A stretch of DNA of 63,895 nt, the filler included, from Trypethelium eluteriae (Eukaryota), in the NCBI GenBank assembly GCA_051942245.1. It is 2 parts of 2 records of this genome, joined end to end, with 100 filler letters (N's around TTAATTAATTAA, not from the genome) between each part and the next. Parts side by side here need not be neighbours in the genome. Positions count along the whole stretch, not along the records: positions 1 to 31,932 come from JAVECL010000266.1; 1 more part is not named here. One strand, given 5' to 3'. Below are positions 1 to 12,071 of the stretch, in pieces; within the stretch, counting starts at the first letter, position 1, and each line of letters starts with the position of its first letter. The notes under the pieces are model-generated. The model was given only the letters and a program-made list of their open reading frames with translations, did no database searches and was not told the DNA's origin. The position numbers were made by a program, and so were the translations under genes.

Positions 1-593
1 GGGGTGTGCAGCGTGGATGTTGTTGGACGTGAGTCTTTGAGGTTTCTTTTCGTTTTGTTTGGGGTTCAGGTGGTTGCTACTTTGCGGGACTACAGTCGAG
101 ATGGAAGAAGTGAGAGATGATCTCGTGTTTGCTAACGAACAGGGACGAGCAGATCCGGTCACGAGCGTCACGCCGACGTTGCAGAATGACAGCTTGCTGG
201 TGAGTTCACTGGACTCGACGCTCAGATTATTTGATAAGGCCGATGGCAAGCTGCTACAGTCGTACGCGGACTCTGAGTTCACAAATGAGAACTATCGAAT
301 CGGAAGCACGCTTGCGCTCAAAGATCATTTTGTCCTTAGTGGCTCGGAGAATGGACGCATTCTCGTCTGGGATCATTTAACTGGAAAGGTGGTGCATAAG
401 CTGCGTCACGGCATAGCGGAAAGTGGAAGTAGCAAGAAGGATGTCGTAAGTGCCGTTGCCTTTAACGAGGCACGCAAGGAGTGGTGTAGCGCGGGTGGTG
501 ACGGTAGGGTAACCTCTCTTTTGACTTTCACGCTTGTACTGATTTCTTATCTTCGCTCAAGGGAATGTTGTGGTTTGGGGTAGTGACCGATGA
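1..593 (+). CDS. WD40-repeat protein, MORG1/WDR83-like (3' part; 5' end outside window)
   Basis: Removing introns 29-152 (GTGAGT..GCTAAC..CAG) and 504-561 gives VDVVGHPVTSV...SSLDSTLRLFD...SGSENGRILVWD...SAGGDGNVVVWGSDR*, i.e. WD40 repeats. Confidence 0.8.
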
Positions 594-1099
594 TCTTTAT
601 GTCATCGAATCTATGCCAACGACACAATTGTCGTACAGACAATTGGCTCTAGTTCCGATGTCCATGCTGGCAAGAGCGACAAGATCCGTTCTTCAGGGTA
701 TTCTGAAACGCCAGCCCACCTACGTCAATGGTCAGCCGACCCAAGATGTGATGGTTTGCATCTATAAGCCATTGATTCCGCGAGGAGGCTAGTTTTGGCT
801 CAGCTGTATCGAACTCGCTACGAGTCATGCGAGAGTGCATAATGCAGGAAAGGCTAAGAGCACCATCCAATCGCGTGTGTGCAGGGTCTAGTCGAGCAAA
901 TGCGATAGAAATCCATGGAAGATTGCGGCAATAATGACATGAGCATCAGGAGTAGGCACAAGCGGAGCACATGGCTACACCATGGTTTGATTGAGACGAC
1001 GAAGAGTCATGCTGCAGGCAATTGGACGCCATCTTTACTGGGCTGTTCTACAAATATCCGGGATAGACTTAGCAGCAGCTTCAGACATGCGGAAGCAAT

Positions 1100-2411
1100 T
1101 CCGATATATATACCTTCATCTGTCTCCAGTGCATGCCCTCTCGGCAGATTGTTTGATTTGATGGTAGTGCAGCTGTCAATCCTCTTTCTGTCAAAAGCAT
1201 ATCTTGCATCATCACATCATCACACGGAGCACATCTGAATGTTATGCTGCACCTTCATTCTGCATTCTCCCTGAGAGCCAACCCTAATGCTTCAGCTGCA
1301 TGCTGTACCCCCCACTTGCCCACTTCAAACCCCACACTGTTTCCCCTCCCTGCTGCAGTGCATGACCGACATCGAATCGGGAGATGCGCGCCAGCAGCGT
1401 GGACGGCCTAAAAGTGTGCCTGTACATCATTAAAGTCAATCTATGGCTTGTTTATGGCGGTATGCTTTGGTCGGTCACCCGGAATTATCTGCATATCCAT
1501 TCCTGCGATCAATTTATTTAGATTCCGTTGGAAAAGATGGATAAGTAGGACTTCGATGCTATTCACCCTGCTGCAGCTGGACGGAGATAGGGGAATGGCT
1601 TATTTCGGCCGAGATAAGAACGATTGCGGCTTCCTTCCGGACAAGAGTGGCAGGCGTGGTCCTAGTCTTGTTGGGAGCAGCGAAGCACCAAAGCTGCTCT
1701 GCTAATGGAGAGCAGGCTCAGGGTCTGCACCGTCTGCCTCTCTGAGCCATTCTTGTAACTAGCGCTCCCGACGAGATGCAAGCAATTCGGGAGAGCGTCA
1801 AGACTCCACCAATGAATCAGGTCAGTGCGCACGATGATGGCGTTTCTGGGGTCGTCTTGCGTCAGGAACAGGTACGTCTCAGAAAGCCAACTGCAGATCA
1901 ACCTTTGGCTCAGATGGCCACGCTGGTCTGTCAGGATTGGACAGATCTGCCGGATCAGAAGCACTGGAGCCTCCTCCGCCTCCGCCGGCGACCACTGGGT
2001 TGAAATAGGCTGGCCGCGGCGAAGTCTAAGCAGGCCACTTCGGTGCTTCGATGTCCTCCACGGTCTCCACCATGCAGCTCAGCATCGATATGGACGGGGG
2101 AGAATGCGATGACGAGGTGGAGGTCGGGTCATGGCGCTGCAAACGGGTGGCCGTGATTCGGCCATCTTTGTCGGCTGCCCCTCTTTCACCTCCTCTGCGT
2201 GAGGAGTCCAGCCAGCAATTTCAGCGAAACGCATCCAGACATGCCCGGCCACATCCAGCGCTGGCGCTCATCCCGCCACCGTGCTCTTACGTGGAGTCGC
2301 TTCTCGCACGGCACGATGTCCCATCTCTACGCTACCGTATCCTACGCTTCACGCGCTGCCGCTGGCCTGGCATGCCATATGAGAAAAACTTCCGCCGCTA
2401 CCGCCGCCCCA
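1100..2411 (+). ncRNA. Candidate long structured ncRNA, possibly telomerase RNA (5' boundary is a guess)
   Basis: Gap with no convincing gene. AACCCTAA at 1280-1287 follows a small hairpin; many helices at 1675-2374; 5' splice site GTAAGC at 2412 with branch ACTAAC and a distant AG. Confidence 0.35.
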
Positions 2412-3339
2412 GTAAGCGTCACGACCAAGACTAACTCTCCCTTTGTGCGGTACAAGTCTCAGCAATCCCGCCTCATTCTCCTCCTTCAGCAGCCTTCCAG
2501 GACCTTGGTGCAGCACCAACAACCGTCTCCACGGTTGATTGCTTCCTGAGAGGGTGTCCACCGCGCACTGCACACGATATTGATCTCACGTCACTTTGCC
2601 AATCTTGGATCCCTCTACACCAAAGCTGATACAGTACAGCCCCGGTGGCAGAGAGTGCTGTGTGAGTCTCGCGTATTGCAAACAGTGGCAGCCTGAAGAC
2701 GCCCAATAGCGGCCTCTCCCCCTTTGACGCAGTTACGCAGTACCCCACGCTGCACGGTCGTGCACATTCTCAACCCCAGACCAACGCCACTGCTAGAGGG
2801 CTTCTGCCGTCTACTATCCCCACTTAATAATACAGATTCAGAACCTTTATTGCACCATTGCGTCTGCCTGCCAAGCTGACGTCGTCTCGAAGCGAGGTAT
2901 ACCCCTCTGACTGGCAATTTCAAACGAGCATCCATCCTAATATCTTCCCGCGCTTGACCTTGGGTGCTTGGATATACTGCGAAGCCCATTTTCTCCTCCT
3001 CGGGTTGAGCAAATCCCAGTCCTTACTTTGGGAATGAACTTTAAAAACAGTCTTTCGCGCTGGCCGGTCGGACAAGAACACATTAATCGCTAACCATACT
3101 TACTCTCCTGCTCATTCCCGTGGTGCCCGTCCTCGACCGTTCGGTAACGTGATCTCGAGTCAGATGCGTCGTAGGCTCTTCGGTTCCCCAAGCAATTTGC
3201 TTTTGTCGCCATCCTCCTCTTACGTGCCCAACGAGCCGGGTTTCCCCACAATCAGGGGGCGACCAATCCGTGGTCAGGAGCCTAACGGTCCGTGGCAGCA
3301 GTGTCTGCGTTCGTCGATCCGTGCGCCCTCACCGACGTA

Positions 3340-4748
3340 ATGGAACACTCTCTAACTCTGCTGAGCGCGCGCATTCAATTTGTAGTAAGCTGAAAATTTA
3401 TTTTGATCTTTTTTCGGACCCCTGCGTGTGGCTTCAAGCTTGATCACCTGTCCTCCCTATAAGATGCATGTCGGGCTATAGCCTCGCCGACCGCATCCGC
3501 TCCTTTGTCAAGGTCATGCCCGCCTGTCTTCATGGCTAACATGATCTTTGTGGAACAGAGAACGCAGTTGGCCCTCATTCATATTCCGCTGCATTTGTAT
3601 TCGAATTTTCTTCAGCCAATCCTGCAAATTCTGCTACCCCGTGAATCCAACAACGAAGATGACTCCAGGTCCAATGGCAACCGGTCTTATCCATGGCCAA
3701 GCGAGCACAAGTTCACGAATATCTCAGTAACGCCCGTGGAATGCTCCATCGTTTGCTCGAGAGTACTTGCAGAACGGATCTTTGTTCCTGTCATCAACTC
3801 ATTATCTTCTGACCACCAACAGCAAGTTTCAATCACGGATGAGGACTATGTTGTTATCCAGGTAGAGGGCCAGGGCAACGGGGCAGGGCAACGGGTCCTC
3901 GAGTTGACAAGTCCCCTTGCAATGGCTGGGATGTAAGACCACCTCATTCAACCCTTTCGTCACGCCATATGTGCTGATACAAATCCAGTTCAATCTTTTT
4001 CATCACTACATACTTCAGTGACTACATCTTGGTACCTCTCAAATCTCGTCCACAGGTCATGACTGCCTTAACCGAACGAGGATTCCGCTTCGAGGAGGAT
4101 GAGGGCACCCATGTCACATCTCCCATGATCGCTCACCATCGTACTCGATCCAGCAATTCCTCGGTAGAAAGATTTTCGCCAGGAACGCCACCTCCAACTT
4201 CAGTCTCCGAGCTCCAGACTCGAACTTTCGCGACATTGAGGAAGCGGAACATTGTGCCTTCAGTAGATCCAGAGATCCGACTCGTACAATGCGCAGGGCA
4301 AACGCAATCATCAAACTCAAATGGTGCAGGCAAGGAATATGCATTCCGTCTTTGCCTTGTCCAATGTCTCACCATGACGCCTCGCTTCCTCTCCCTTACC
4401 CTCACCGACTCAGATGAACCTTCTCTCCTTTTAGAGCAGCGTTTTGTGAGAAATTTTCCTCCTGAAACACTCTTGGGTGCAGAGACCGATACTATTATCC
4501 CCATCACTCTTGACCTCAGGGAGCTTCCACTGGAGAGCACGGGCATAGTGTGCGGTATTGCAGGAAGGCTGGTCGGCGTGACCTCTACTATGGCAATTCC
4601 GAACGGAAGCGGAGAGCGACGGGGCAGCGCACCGGTGGAGATGAGTTACCTCAGTACGGCAATGGCTGGAACCGTCATGGTCGCCGAAGACGAGCTGGAA
4701 AGGGCTGTAGAAGCTCTCAAAGGTGTACATAGTGGGATCATGGCATAG
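3340..4748 (+). CDS. CASTOR/GATS-type ACT-domain protein (3 exons)
   Basis: ATG 3340 MEHSLTLLSARIQFV, introns 3385-3558 and ~3932-3988. Motifs FTNISVTPVECSIVC, PLAMAGISIFFITTYFSDYILVP, ESTGIVCGIAGRL, MSYLSTAMAGTVMV. Confidence 0.85.
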
Positions 4749-5098
4749 CTGAGCATTGGTGAGAAGGTGGGAAAAGCTGACACAAAATGTTACAACGGTG
4801 TACATGGTCCTCGGTGTTTGGCAAGAAGAACGAGTTCTCAGAGAAAGGATATGGTGGCTCAAATTGGGAAAATGAGTTGCGGGTGAGTTGTTCGGTTGGC
4901 AAAAGTATGTCTCTCTCACGATTTGGGACGACTCTCCTCCTTCACAGCATAAAATACCAGAAAGGCTCCGGAACACAGAACGGAAGCTACAATGTCATGG
5001 TGTATGATAGTGATATCTGGTTACAAGGATTGCAGCACTTAATCAGAAATGTTAGATTGACTTATGGATCTATCTTTAAACCTAGACCGTCAGAACCC

Positions 5099-5895
5099 TT
5101 ATTCTTCATCTGTGTCTTGCTGATTCCAGCGAACCAGCCTTCTCCATAACCGCTTTCTTGTCTTCCATCCCAGTTCCTCCGACCAGCCCTTCCACCAAAC
5201 ACTTTCCCTTCTCTTTCCCAAGATTATACTGGACCCAAGCCCCACACTTACATCCTCATCCAATAATTCAATCTGCCATCCACCCCAGCCACTCCACTGT
5301 CTGACTCTCTTGACTAACAGAGTCAAACCCCAGATAAGCAATAGAGCGGCTAGCGTACATAGAATCGTAATTAGACAGGTCAGAAGGGTGATGGGGGAAC
5401 AGTGACAGCCAAGGGTACCAGTACGAAACTCATAGCGTTCGCGCCAATAGGGGCAGTGATACACGTCTTTAGAAAAGTCTTCCTTCCTTAGGGGTGAAAG
5501 GAGACCGGCGTTTGAGACGGGTATGCACGAGGAACTCTGAAGAGGAACTTAGTATCTCAATTAAGCTATGGAATGATGTGAAAGTTCGACCTCAACACGC
5601 AATCGAAGGATATAGGTCAGATGACTCTACCACAGGGAAAGGACCACTAACATGAGGCTAGGAAAATGAATGAACAAGCGAGACCCCGCTAGAAAAGAAG
5701 AGTGCCAAGAGCGGAGAGAAAAATAACTCATACATATGGACACCACCCACAACGGTCCCAACTCTCCGTGCATGCGTCACAATCCTGATGGCGCCAACAA
5801 CGTAGAAAATGGTCGTCCTGTCGATGAGTTTCTCCTGTCGAGTCGTTGTAGGGCAGAAGTAGGTGTTGATCCGGAGCTGGCCGAGAGTCGAACAT
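5099..5895 (-). CDS. PSI-like cysteine-rich single-pass membrane protein (2 exons)
   Basis: Exon 1 (5895-5734) reads ...CWRHQDCDACTESWDRCGWCPY; intron 5733-5537; exon 2 reads SSSCIPV...CPYWRERYEFRTGTLGCHCS followed by a TM helix. Confidence 0.8.
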
Positions 5896-6996
5896 AGCGA
5901 ATTAAGGATAAATGTAGAATGACATATGTGGCTTAGGAGATCTAGATGATCGAGCGTCTGGAAATCTCCTATCATGAACCGCGAAGATTATTGTTATCAT
6001 ATGGGATCCGGTAACAATCAGTCCGATGAGCGAGCTTATCATCTCAGCACAGCTTGATGCAAGCTTCAGTTGTGCTATTGTCATCACCCCATGCTCCCTC
6101 ATCAACCTGAACCGAGCCGAACCGGTCAAAGCCGCCCCTTGATCTGGCTAACCAATCAGCAGTGAGCTATTGTCAGCACCCCAGCTGGGGATATCGGCAC
6201 AGCCCTCAATGGCGCAAAAGCATCAATTTGGCGATTCGTGATGCAAGAATGCGGCCTCTGGAACTGAGGCCCTGCTCAAGACTGGCTTGCGGTGCTATTG
6301 GGAGCGCACACTGCCTCCCGGTTGCTGCCTTCGGGAGAGCACAATAATGTCACGAAGGCCCATTTTAAGTTGCGGTTCCAAACCTCTATTCATAATCAAC
6401 GCCTTTTATTAATCATTGTAATTCCATTCAACTGGCTTTTCTACATTCACTTTCCCGCTGTTGCCCCTGGGTGTCCCTTGCTACAAGGCATTGGCAGCAT
6501 CCCTTCCTCAATCTCGGTCCACATTGAAGACCAAGGGTTTTCTTTTTACTTCTGGACCAGGCCCCACCAAGACCGTGGCCCTGGTGGGGTACGCATTCTC
6601 GGTCCTCTGATTGACAACGGTACGCGTCTCTCTTGCACCATAGCAAGGACATCGTGCGATTAAGTTGCTTGCACACCCGGCACCCGTAGAACGAGAGATC
6701 ATACGATGTTCGGCGACGGCCGACACAGCAAACGACGGCGCTAATGCATAGTTCCACAGACATACAAAAGTGATCTTGCTCTACTGCATTCTACATACCT
6801 CCGAAACCGCCTTCAGACATAGTTTATACACGTTTCTGAGCTTGCGGCATAGACGTCGAACATCGATGATCTGCTACAGACGAAACCTGCTCAACTAGCC
6901 TTCGTCGGAATATTGCAAGAACAAATCGGATCTCAACCCTGTACAACGTGCCGAAGATCCACAAAATCCCTCCCAAGACCATTAGCCGTGCCAAGC

Positions 6997-7304
6997 ATGG
7001 CAGTGCTGCCGGTAGCAACCCTCACTCGTACTTTTGTACGATGCTACTCTCACCGTGGCCCTCGATCCCCCTATAGTCGTCTAGGAGAGGCAGGGATCAT
7101 GGCCTACCTGTCGTGCGCATTTGTGTTGCCGTTTGTCGTCCCCTGGCGAGAAACGCAACGAGCGAAGAAGGATGGGAGCTATTCGACAAGGTCAGGCACC
7201 ATCCTCAAGAAGATCGAGCAAGAAGTCTCCGGAGCCCAATGCTGACTTCATCCTGTGCTAGACCGCCCCTGGACCTTAGATACTGCCCGAGCTTGAAAGT
7301 ATAG
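6997..7304 (+). CDS. Putative ~78-aa single-TM microprotein with a mitochondrial-presequence-like N-terminus
   Basis: MAVLPVATLTRTFVRCYSHRGPRSPYSRLGEAGIMAYLSCAFVLPFVVPWRET...; intron 7191-7261 (GTCAGG..GCTGAC..TAG) joins to PPLDLRYCPSLKV*. Confidence 0.5.
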
Positions 7305-7387
7305 CAGTCTTGGTAGTTCGACGTGAAACGGCAGACAAACATACGGGCATGGGGACACATTAGAGCATTGGTTTAGTGGCGTTACGC

Positions 7388-7457
7388 AGGCATTCACAAG
7401 GCATTCACAAGGCATTCACAAGGCATTCACAAGGCATTCACAAGGCATTCACAAGGC
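7388..7457. repeat. Tandem repeat, 11-bp unit AGGCATTCACA x~6
   Basis: Directly visible, in the region between two convergent genes. Confidence 0.95.
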
Positions 7458-7786
7458 GCATGCTCATAATGAATGGTGTTTGGTTCCTGGCCTGCCTCTT
7501 GAATCTTAGTATTTACAGCTAGCAAGACATATATATAGAGTTGGGTATATCGCATATGAACTTCAATGCATTTTTACATATAGTACTCCTTCCCATTATC
7601 CCAATTATCCCTTCTACCTTCTTATCGCTTTGCGGTCTATCTTCACAACCAACCCCTTCCAACGACTTCCGTCTGCTCTTTTGCTTCGCACTCTCCCTAC
7701 TCCACCTAAACATTCCTTCTCCAAGACTCTGACCGTATATTCCCCGTTCAAACCATACCCTCTCTCTCAGCTCCACTTCCATCCCC

Positions 7787-8346
7787 TCAACTAAACCGAT
7801 CCCCCTTCCGACTCCTCCACGGCTCACTCGCCTCATACTTACTCTTCTCCCCAACCCGCTGCCCCACCGTCTCCGGCGCATGCCTCGTCGGCGCCGGATC
7901 CAAACTGGCCTCACTACTCGGACTTGCCGCCAACTCCCCTCCACTCGCACTCGGGCCTGCCCCAGCCCCATCTCCATCTCCATGTCCACTACCATCTCTT
8001 CCCCTCCTCCTCGCGACCTCGGCGCTCACCCCGTCGTTCGTGTGCTTCGATGACGACTTCGCGGTCGTAGATGGAGGAGGATGTGAAGGAGCGTGAGAGG
8101 AGGAGGCAGAACTAGTAGTAGTAGTAGCAGAGTATTCGAGGTTGCGGCTGGCTTCTCGGCGGCGGCGGTCGGCGGCGGCGCGCTCCGCCCGGTCGCTCGC
8201 GATGCTGCGTTTGGCGAAGTAGTAAGCACCGCCGCCGGCGACGATGAGGGTGCCCCAGCCGAACCAGACGGAGCGGATCTGGGAGGGTGGAATTAGCTTG
8301 GGGACGGTGGTGAGGGGGAGATGGGGATGTGGCGTACTGTGTTCAT
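7787..8346 (-). CDS. DUF4748-family protein (2 exons)
   Basis: MNT, intron 8337-8279, then IRSVWFGWGTLIVAGGGAYYFAKRSIASDR...KSKYEASEPWRSRKGDRFS*. Confidence 0.85.
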
Positions 8347-9091
8347 GGTGGGTGGGTTTGGAGGGTGGAGTGGAGGGGAATTCGGGAGGAGCTGTGGATG
8401 AGGGAGGTCTTTGGTTGGAGCTTCGGGTTGATTGAGGGAATACGGTTGGTTGGGTTGCAATGCTTCAAGTACAAAAACAATTGTGCAATTCGTAATCTTT
8501 TGAGAAGCTTGGTTAATCAGAAATGTAGATGTAGGATTTGGGAAGAGGACGTGGAGGGCATTATAGGTGGTAGGCGTTCAAGGTATCATGATGATTTTCT
8601 CTTCCCGTACGAAATCACCAACTTAGAGGTAACAAAATTCACGGGCCACCAAAACTACGGTATGGCGCTCTACGTCTGGGAACAGCCGTAACGCCTACCA
8701 AATTTTCTGGGACTTAAAAGCTGATGACTTATCAATGTTTAGAATGGCTTTACAATCACTGAAATCATTCTTCTCAAAGTCTTAGGGTAGCTCGAGTATA
8801 TGTGAACAACAGATCGGCAGTGGGACAATTGCAGCCTGCAGAAGGAAAGAAGATACAGCAGATGGTATAGAACAAGAGTTAGTTAGGTAGAGTCTGAATT
8901 CTGACATCTGGCTCATCTCTTCGATGATTCAATCTATCAAGGCCTACTTAATTTCCTAATGACAACGCGTCGCAGCAAACATAAACCGCAGTCGTTCTCG
9001 GCCTTGCGTGAGCCGCACCGGCCTGACAACACTGCGGGAGCCTCTAGATCGTGTACCGATAGCTGAACTCGTCTGTCTGTTCTCTATCATA

Positions 9092-9273
9092 CCTTACGGC
9101 GGCTGGGAGGTTCCCTCAACTGGTAATTAATACAATGTTACCTCAATTTAAATGTTATGACCATGTTGGCCCATGATAAGGCGGTGTTAACACGGGCCAA
9201 CAAGGTCATAACATTAAAGTCGAAATAACATTGTATTGATTACCAGTTGAGGAACCCCCTAGCCGCCGTAAGG
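9092..9273. mobile_element. Fold-back MITE (Tc1/mariner-type, TA target duplication)
   Basis: ~87-bp imperfect inverted arms (CCTTACGGCGGCT...AGCCGCCGTAAGG) around a ~7-nt spacer; TA at 9090-91 and 9274-75. Confidence 0.85.
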
Positions 9274-9322
9274 TACATTTCGCACTGCAAAGTTGTCACG
9301 GATCTGAGATATGTCCTGTCGG

Positions 9323-10537
9323 CTAGAGATCCATAACATCTACTTCGTGAAGGCATCTAAGAACATCTGCTGTTATTGTCACAGCACCGTTCTTATCACA
9401 GTCTGAACCGTTAAAAATCCCACATTGATCTACAAAACTTATTAGTCGAATATAAAAGTGATAGATTTGGTTGGAAACCCCTTACAAAGAGCAACAAGGC
9501 GAATGTTCCCCTGCTCATCTGGTGTGTACATTCCTGCGCCAGATATTCCGTACCAGCCGGTCACAGTGTGGCAGGCTCTCTGTTGATCCTGTGCTTGCAC
9601 CCATTTCCCAACACTGATGGATCGACAACCTGGAGTAAGTATCTGCTCAGTTGGGGCGTCTATGCTGCAGCTGAATTTTTGGCTGATTGCATTCCCACTT
9701 GCATACCAGCAGCTGATACAACGGCAATTTTGGACATTTGCATTTGGGTGATCTTTCTCCGCTGCAGTAGGTAAGGTGTTGTAGCCGATTGAGAGTACAA
9801 TATCGGAAGAGACTTTAGCATCGGCGAAGAGAGTTCCGATTGGAATAGATTGAGCAGGACTCCGGGCAGACTTACTAGTGCATGGTACAAAGATTGCGAA
9901 GTCTCGCTCCCCACCAGGGTCCTTGTAATCGTAAAACAGTTCGCACTCCACAGGTGGTGTTGCGACCCAATCTCCACAGGCAGTGGTAACGACTTCAGCT
10001 TTTGTATTGCCAGCGCTGGCGAGGATTTTGGGGTTGTCATCCCTCTTGAAATGGGAAACTGTCAAAATAACATCACGAGTCGCGCCTTTGATCCAGACAC
10101 CAGAGAGTTTCGTTAGTTTGTTGGAACTAGTCACATTGAGTCTGCAGGCTGAGAGACTGTAAGGCTTGAGACGAGTCATCATCTAAGAAGTTTGGGTTTA
10201 TTAGCCTGGTAAATGGGAAAGAGCTAAGCTAGTTTACCTGCTGATGTGACTCTCCAATATGTTTGATTGCGTCCAGCTTCGGTGCGGTTTCGCCGATACT
10301 CAGTTGTCCATCGTCTCCCACTGCATAGCAGCATGACCAATGTCTTGAATGTCTATTTTCATCCTCATGGAGGCAAGGACCGCCAAAAAGAGAGGGTAAA
10401 GCCATTGACGGGCGTATAACGGGGGGGTGCTCCGACAATACGGCTGGGAAAAGTCCAGCTGCGGAAGATGGCTGGCTCAAGTGATCATTCTGGCTGGAAG
10501 AAATGGATCCGGAATCCTGAGTGGAAGATAGAGACAT
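9323..10537 (-). CDS. Trypsin-like (PA clan) serine protease without signal peptide (3 exons)
   Basis: Introns ~10237-10183 and 9485-9430. Triad motifs ILTVSHF (His), RDFAIF (Asp), GWYGISGAGM (Ser), then RLVALYQCG..NGAVTI. Confidence 0.7.
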
Positions 10538-12071
10538 GATCAGCTGGAGCCAGTAATTGTAGCGGAAGAATTGAGTTTGCTGTCGTGGCCAAACGCTTTG
10601 TTTGTTCAGCTTGTCGAATAAAAGGGCTATAGCAAAGAGAAAAAAAAAAAAAAAAAAAAAAAGCTCGTTGCTTGCTGAAGTGGCAGAAGGTATAATGGAC
10701 TTTTGTTCCGAGTTTGACTGTATGTTCGACTCAGAAGAAGTGGAAAAAGAAAGCTCTACCAAGCAGTTGCACAAAGACAATGAAGTGACGATCTTGTAGC
10801 TTTTATGAATCGAAATGTTGCTTCCGGTTACCGTGGGACCATCCCAGAACGTGGTGGAATGTGGTGATAACTTTGCGTTAACAAAGAATGTTCCGCTCTC
10901 AGAATGTTGGATGTATCCCTGCATGGTGTGATGAATGAAAGTTACATGAATTCTCTAACCATTCCTCCTGCCTGCATGCGCGCATTCCTATCCTTCCCAT
11001 CTGCACTACAAAACTTTCAGCATAGGCTATTGCCATGCGTTCATCTTCACCATAGTATTAATACTAGAAACCTTCTACTAATAAGCTCACCTGTAATAAG
11101 ATTTGTAGTGAGGTCCATCCTTGAGGCGTTTTCAAATCTCCCTGATTTTATTGAAACATACACACGAGTAAGATAGGTCTAGGTTTCTTGGTAGTAATTC
11201 TTATTTCCTTTATTTTGTTCTTTCTTCGCCACTTCGCATCATGTTGCCCGGCTGGAGCAAGGATGAGAAACGGAGCATCCATGGAGCAACGCCTGGAGAA
11301 TGAAGTGACATCACCGGGAATGCTGAGAAAAGGCAATCAAATAGCTTTGGAAATCATTGAGTCACCGAGTGGTGAGATCAGAGCGAATAGGCGCCGATGG
11401 ACACGTAGTACCGAGTTCGAAACATCACTTGATATATTCACACATAGAACGGAATTGCATGGACTACGCTATTACCGCTTGGACAGTCTGCCCTTTTGCT
11501 GTAGTGTGATCTCTGTACGTTTAGTCTGGAGAACGCTGAAGTGTGCGGTACAAGGAAGAAGGACCTTCTGCTCACCGTTAGCTGAGGATGGAATGTGGCG
11601 GATCTTCCAGCGTTCTGGACTGCTCAGCTTCGCGTTACCATCACAAAAGCAGCCAACGAAGTCGAAGCCTCCAGGACCGTCTCTTAAGTCCAATGTGGCA
11701 CAATGTCTCAATCACTTCTCTTCTCGAGACGCGTCGAGATGGTCCTTCAGATGGTCGGTTGCGGGTTCAGTCATGCGAAAAATGTGTCCGCTCGCTGACG
11801 TGGCAAAACTGCTGGGGATTGCCCGAGCACTTTCGTCGTAGTAGAGTACGGAGTACAGTATTACTGTACGTCCCACTGCCTTAACTAGGTAGGTACCTAG
11901 GTAGGTAGGCACGAAATGAGTCAGAGGTACATGAAGGGGCAAAGTTCTCCGCCTTTTGTTGGTGACCGCAACGGCCAGAATTTTGTCCGCATGCTGCCCT
12001 GCATAAGGTTAAGAGCACTTCATCCATCACCCCCCAGTCTCTCTTTCTTCCAGCTCATCTATACAGTCCCA

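Noticed and set aside
7388..7457. 11-bp repeat array as possible CRISPR
   Set aside because: No spacers; it is a simple minisatellite in a eukaryotic genome.
10229..10924. 231-aa ORF with a poly-Phe stretch
   Set aside because: The poly-Phe comes from an A23/T23 run upstream; only the part from ATG 10537 is a plausible exon.
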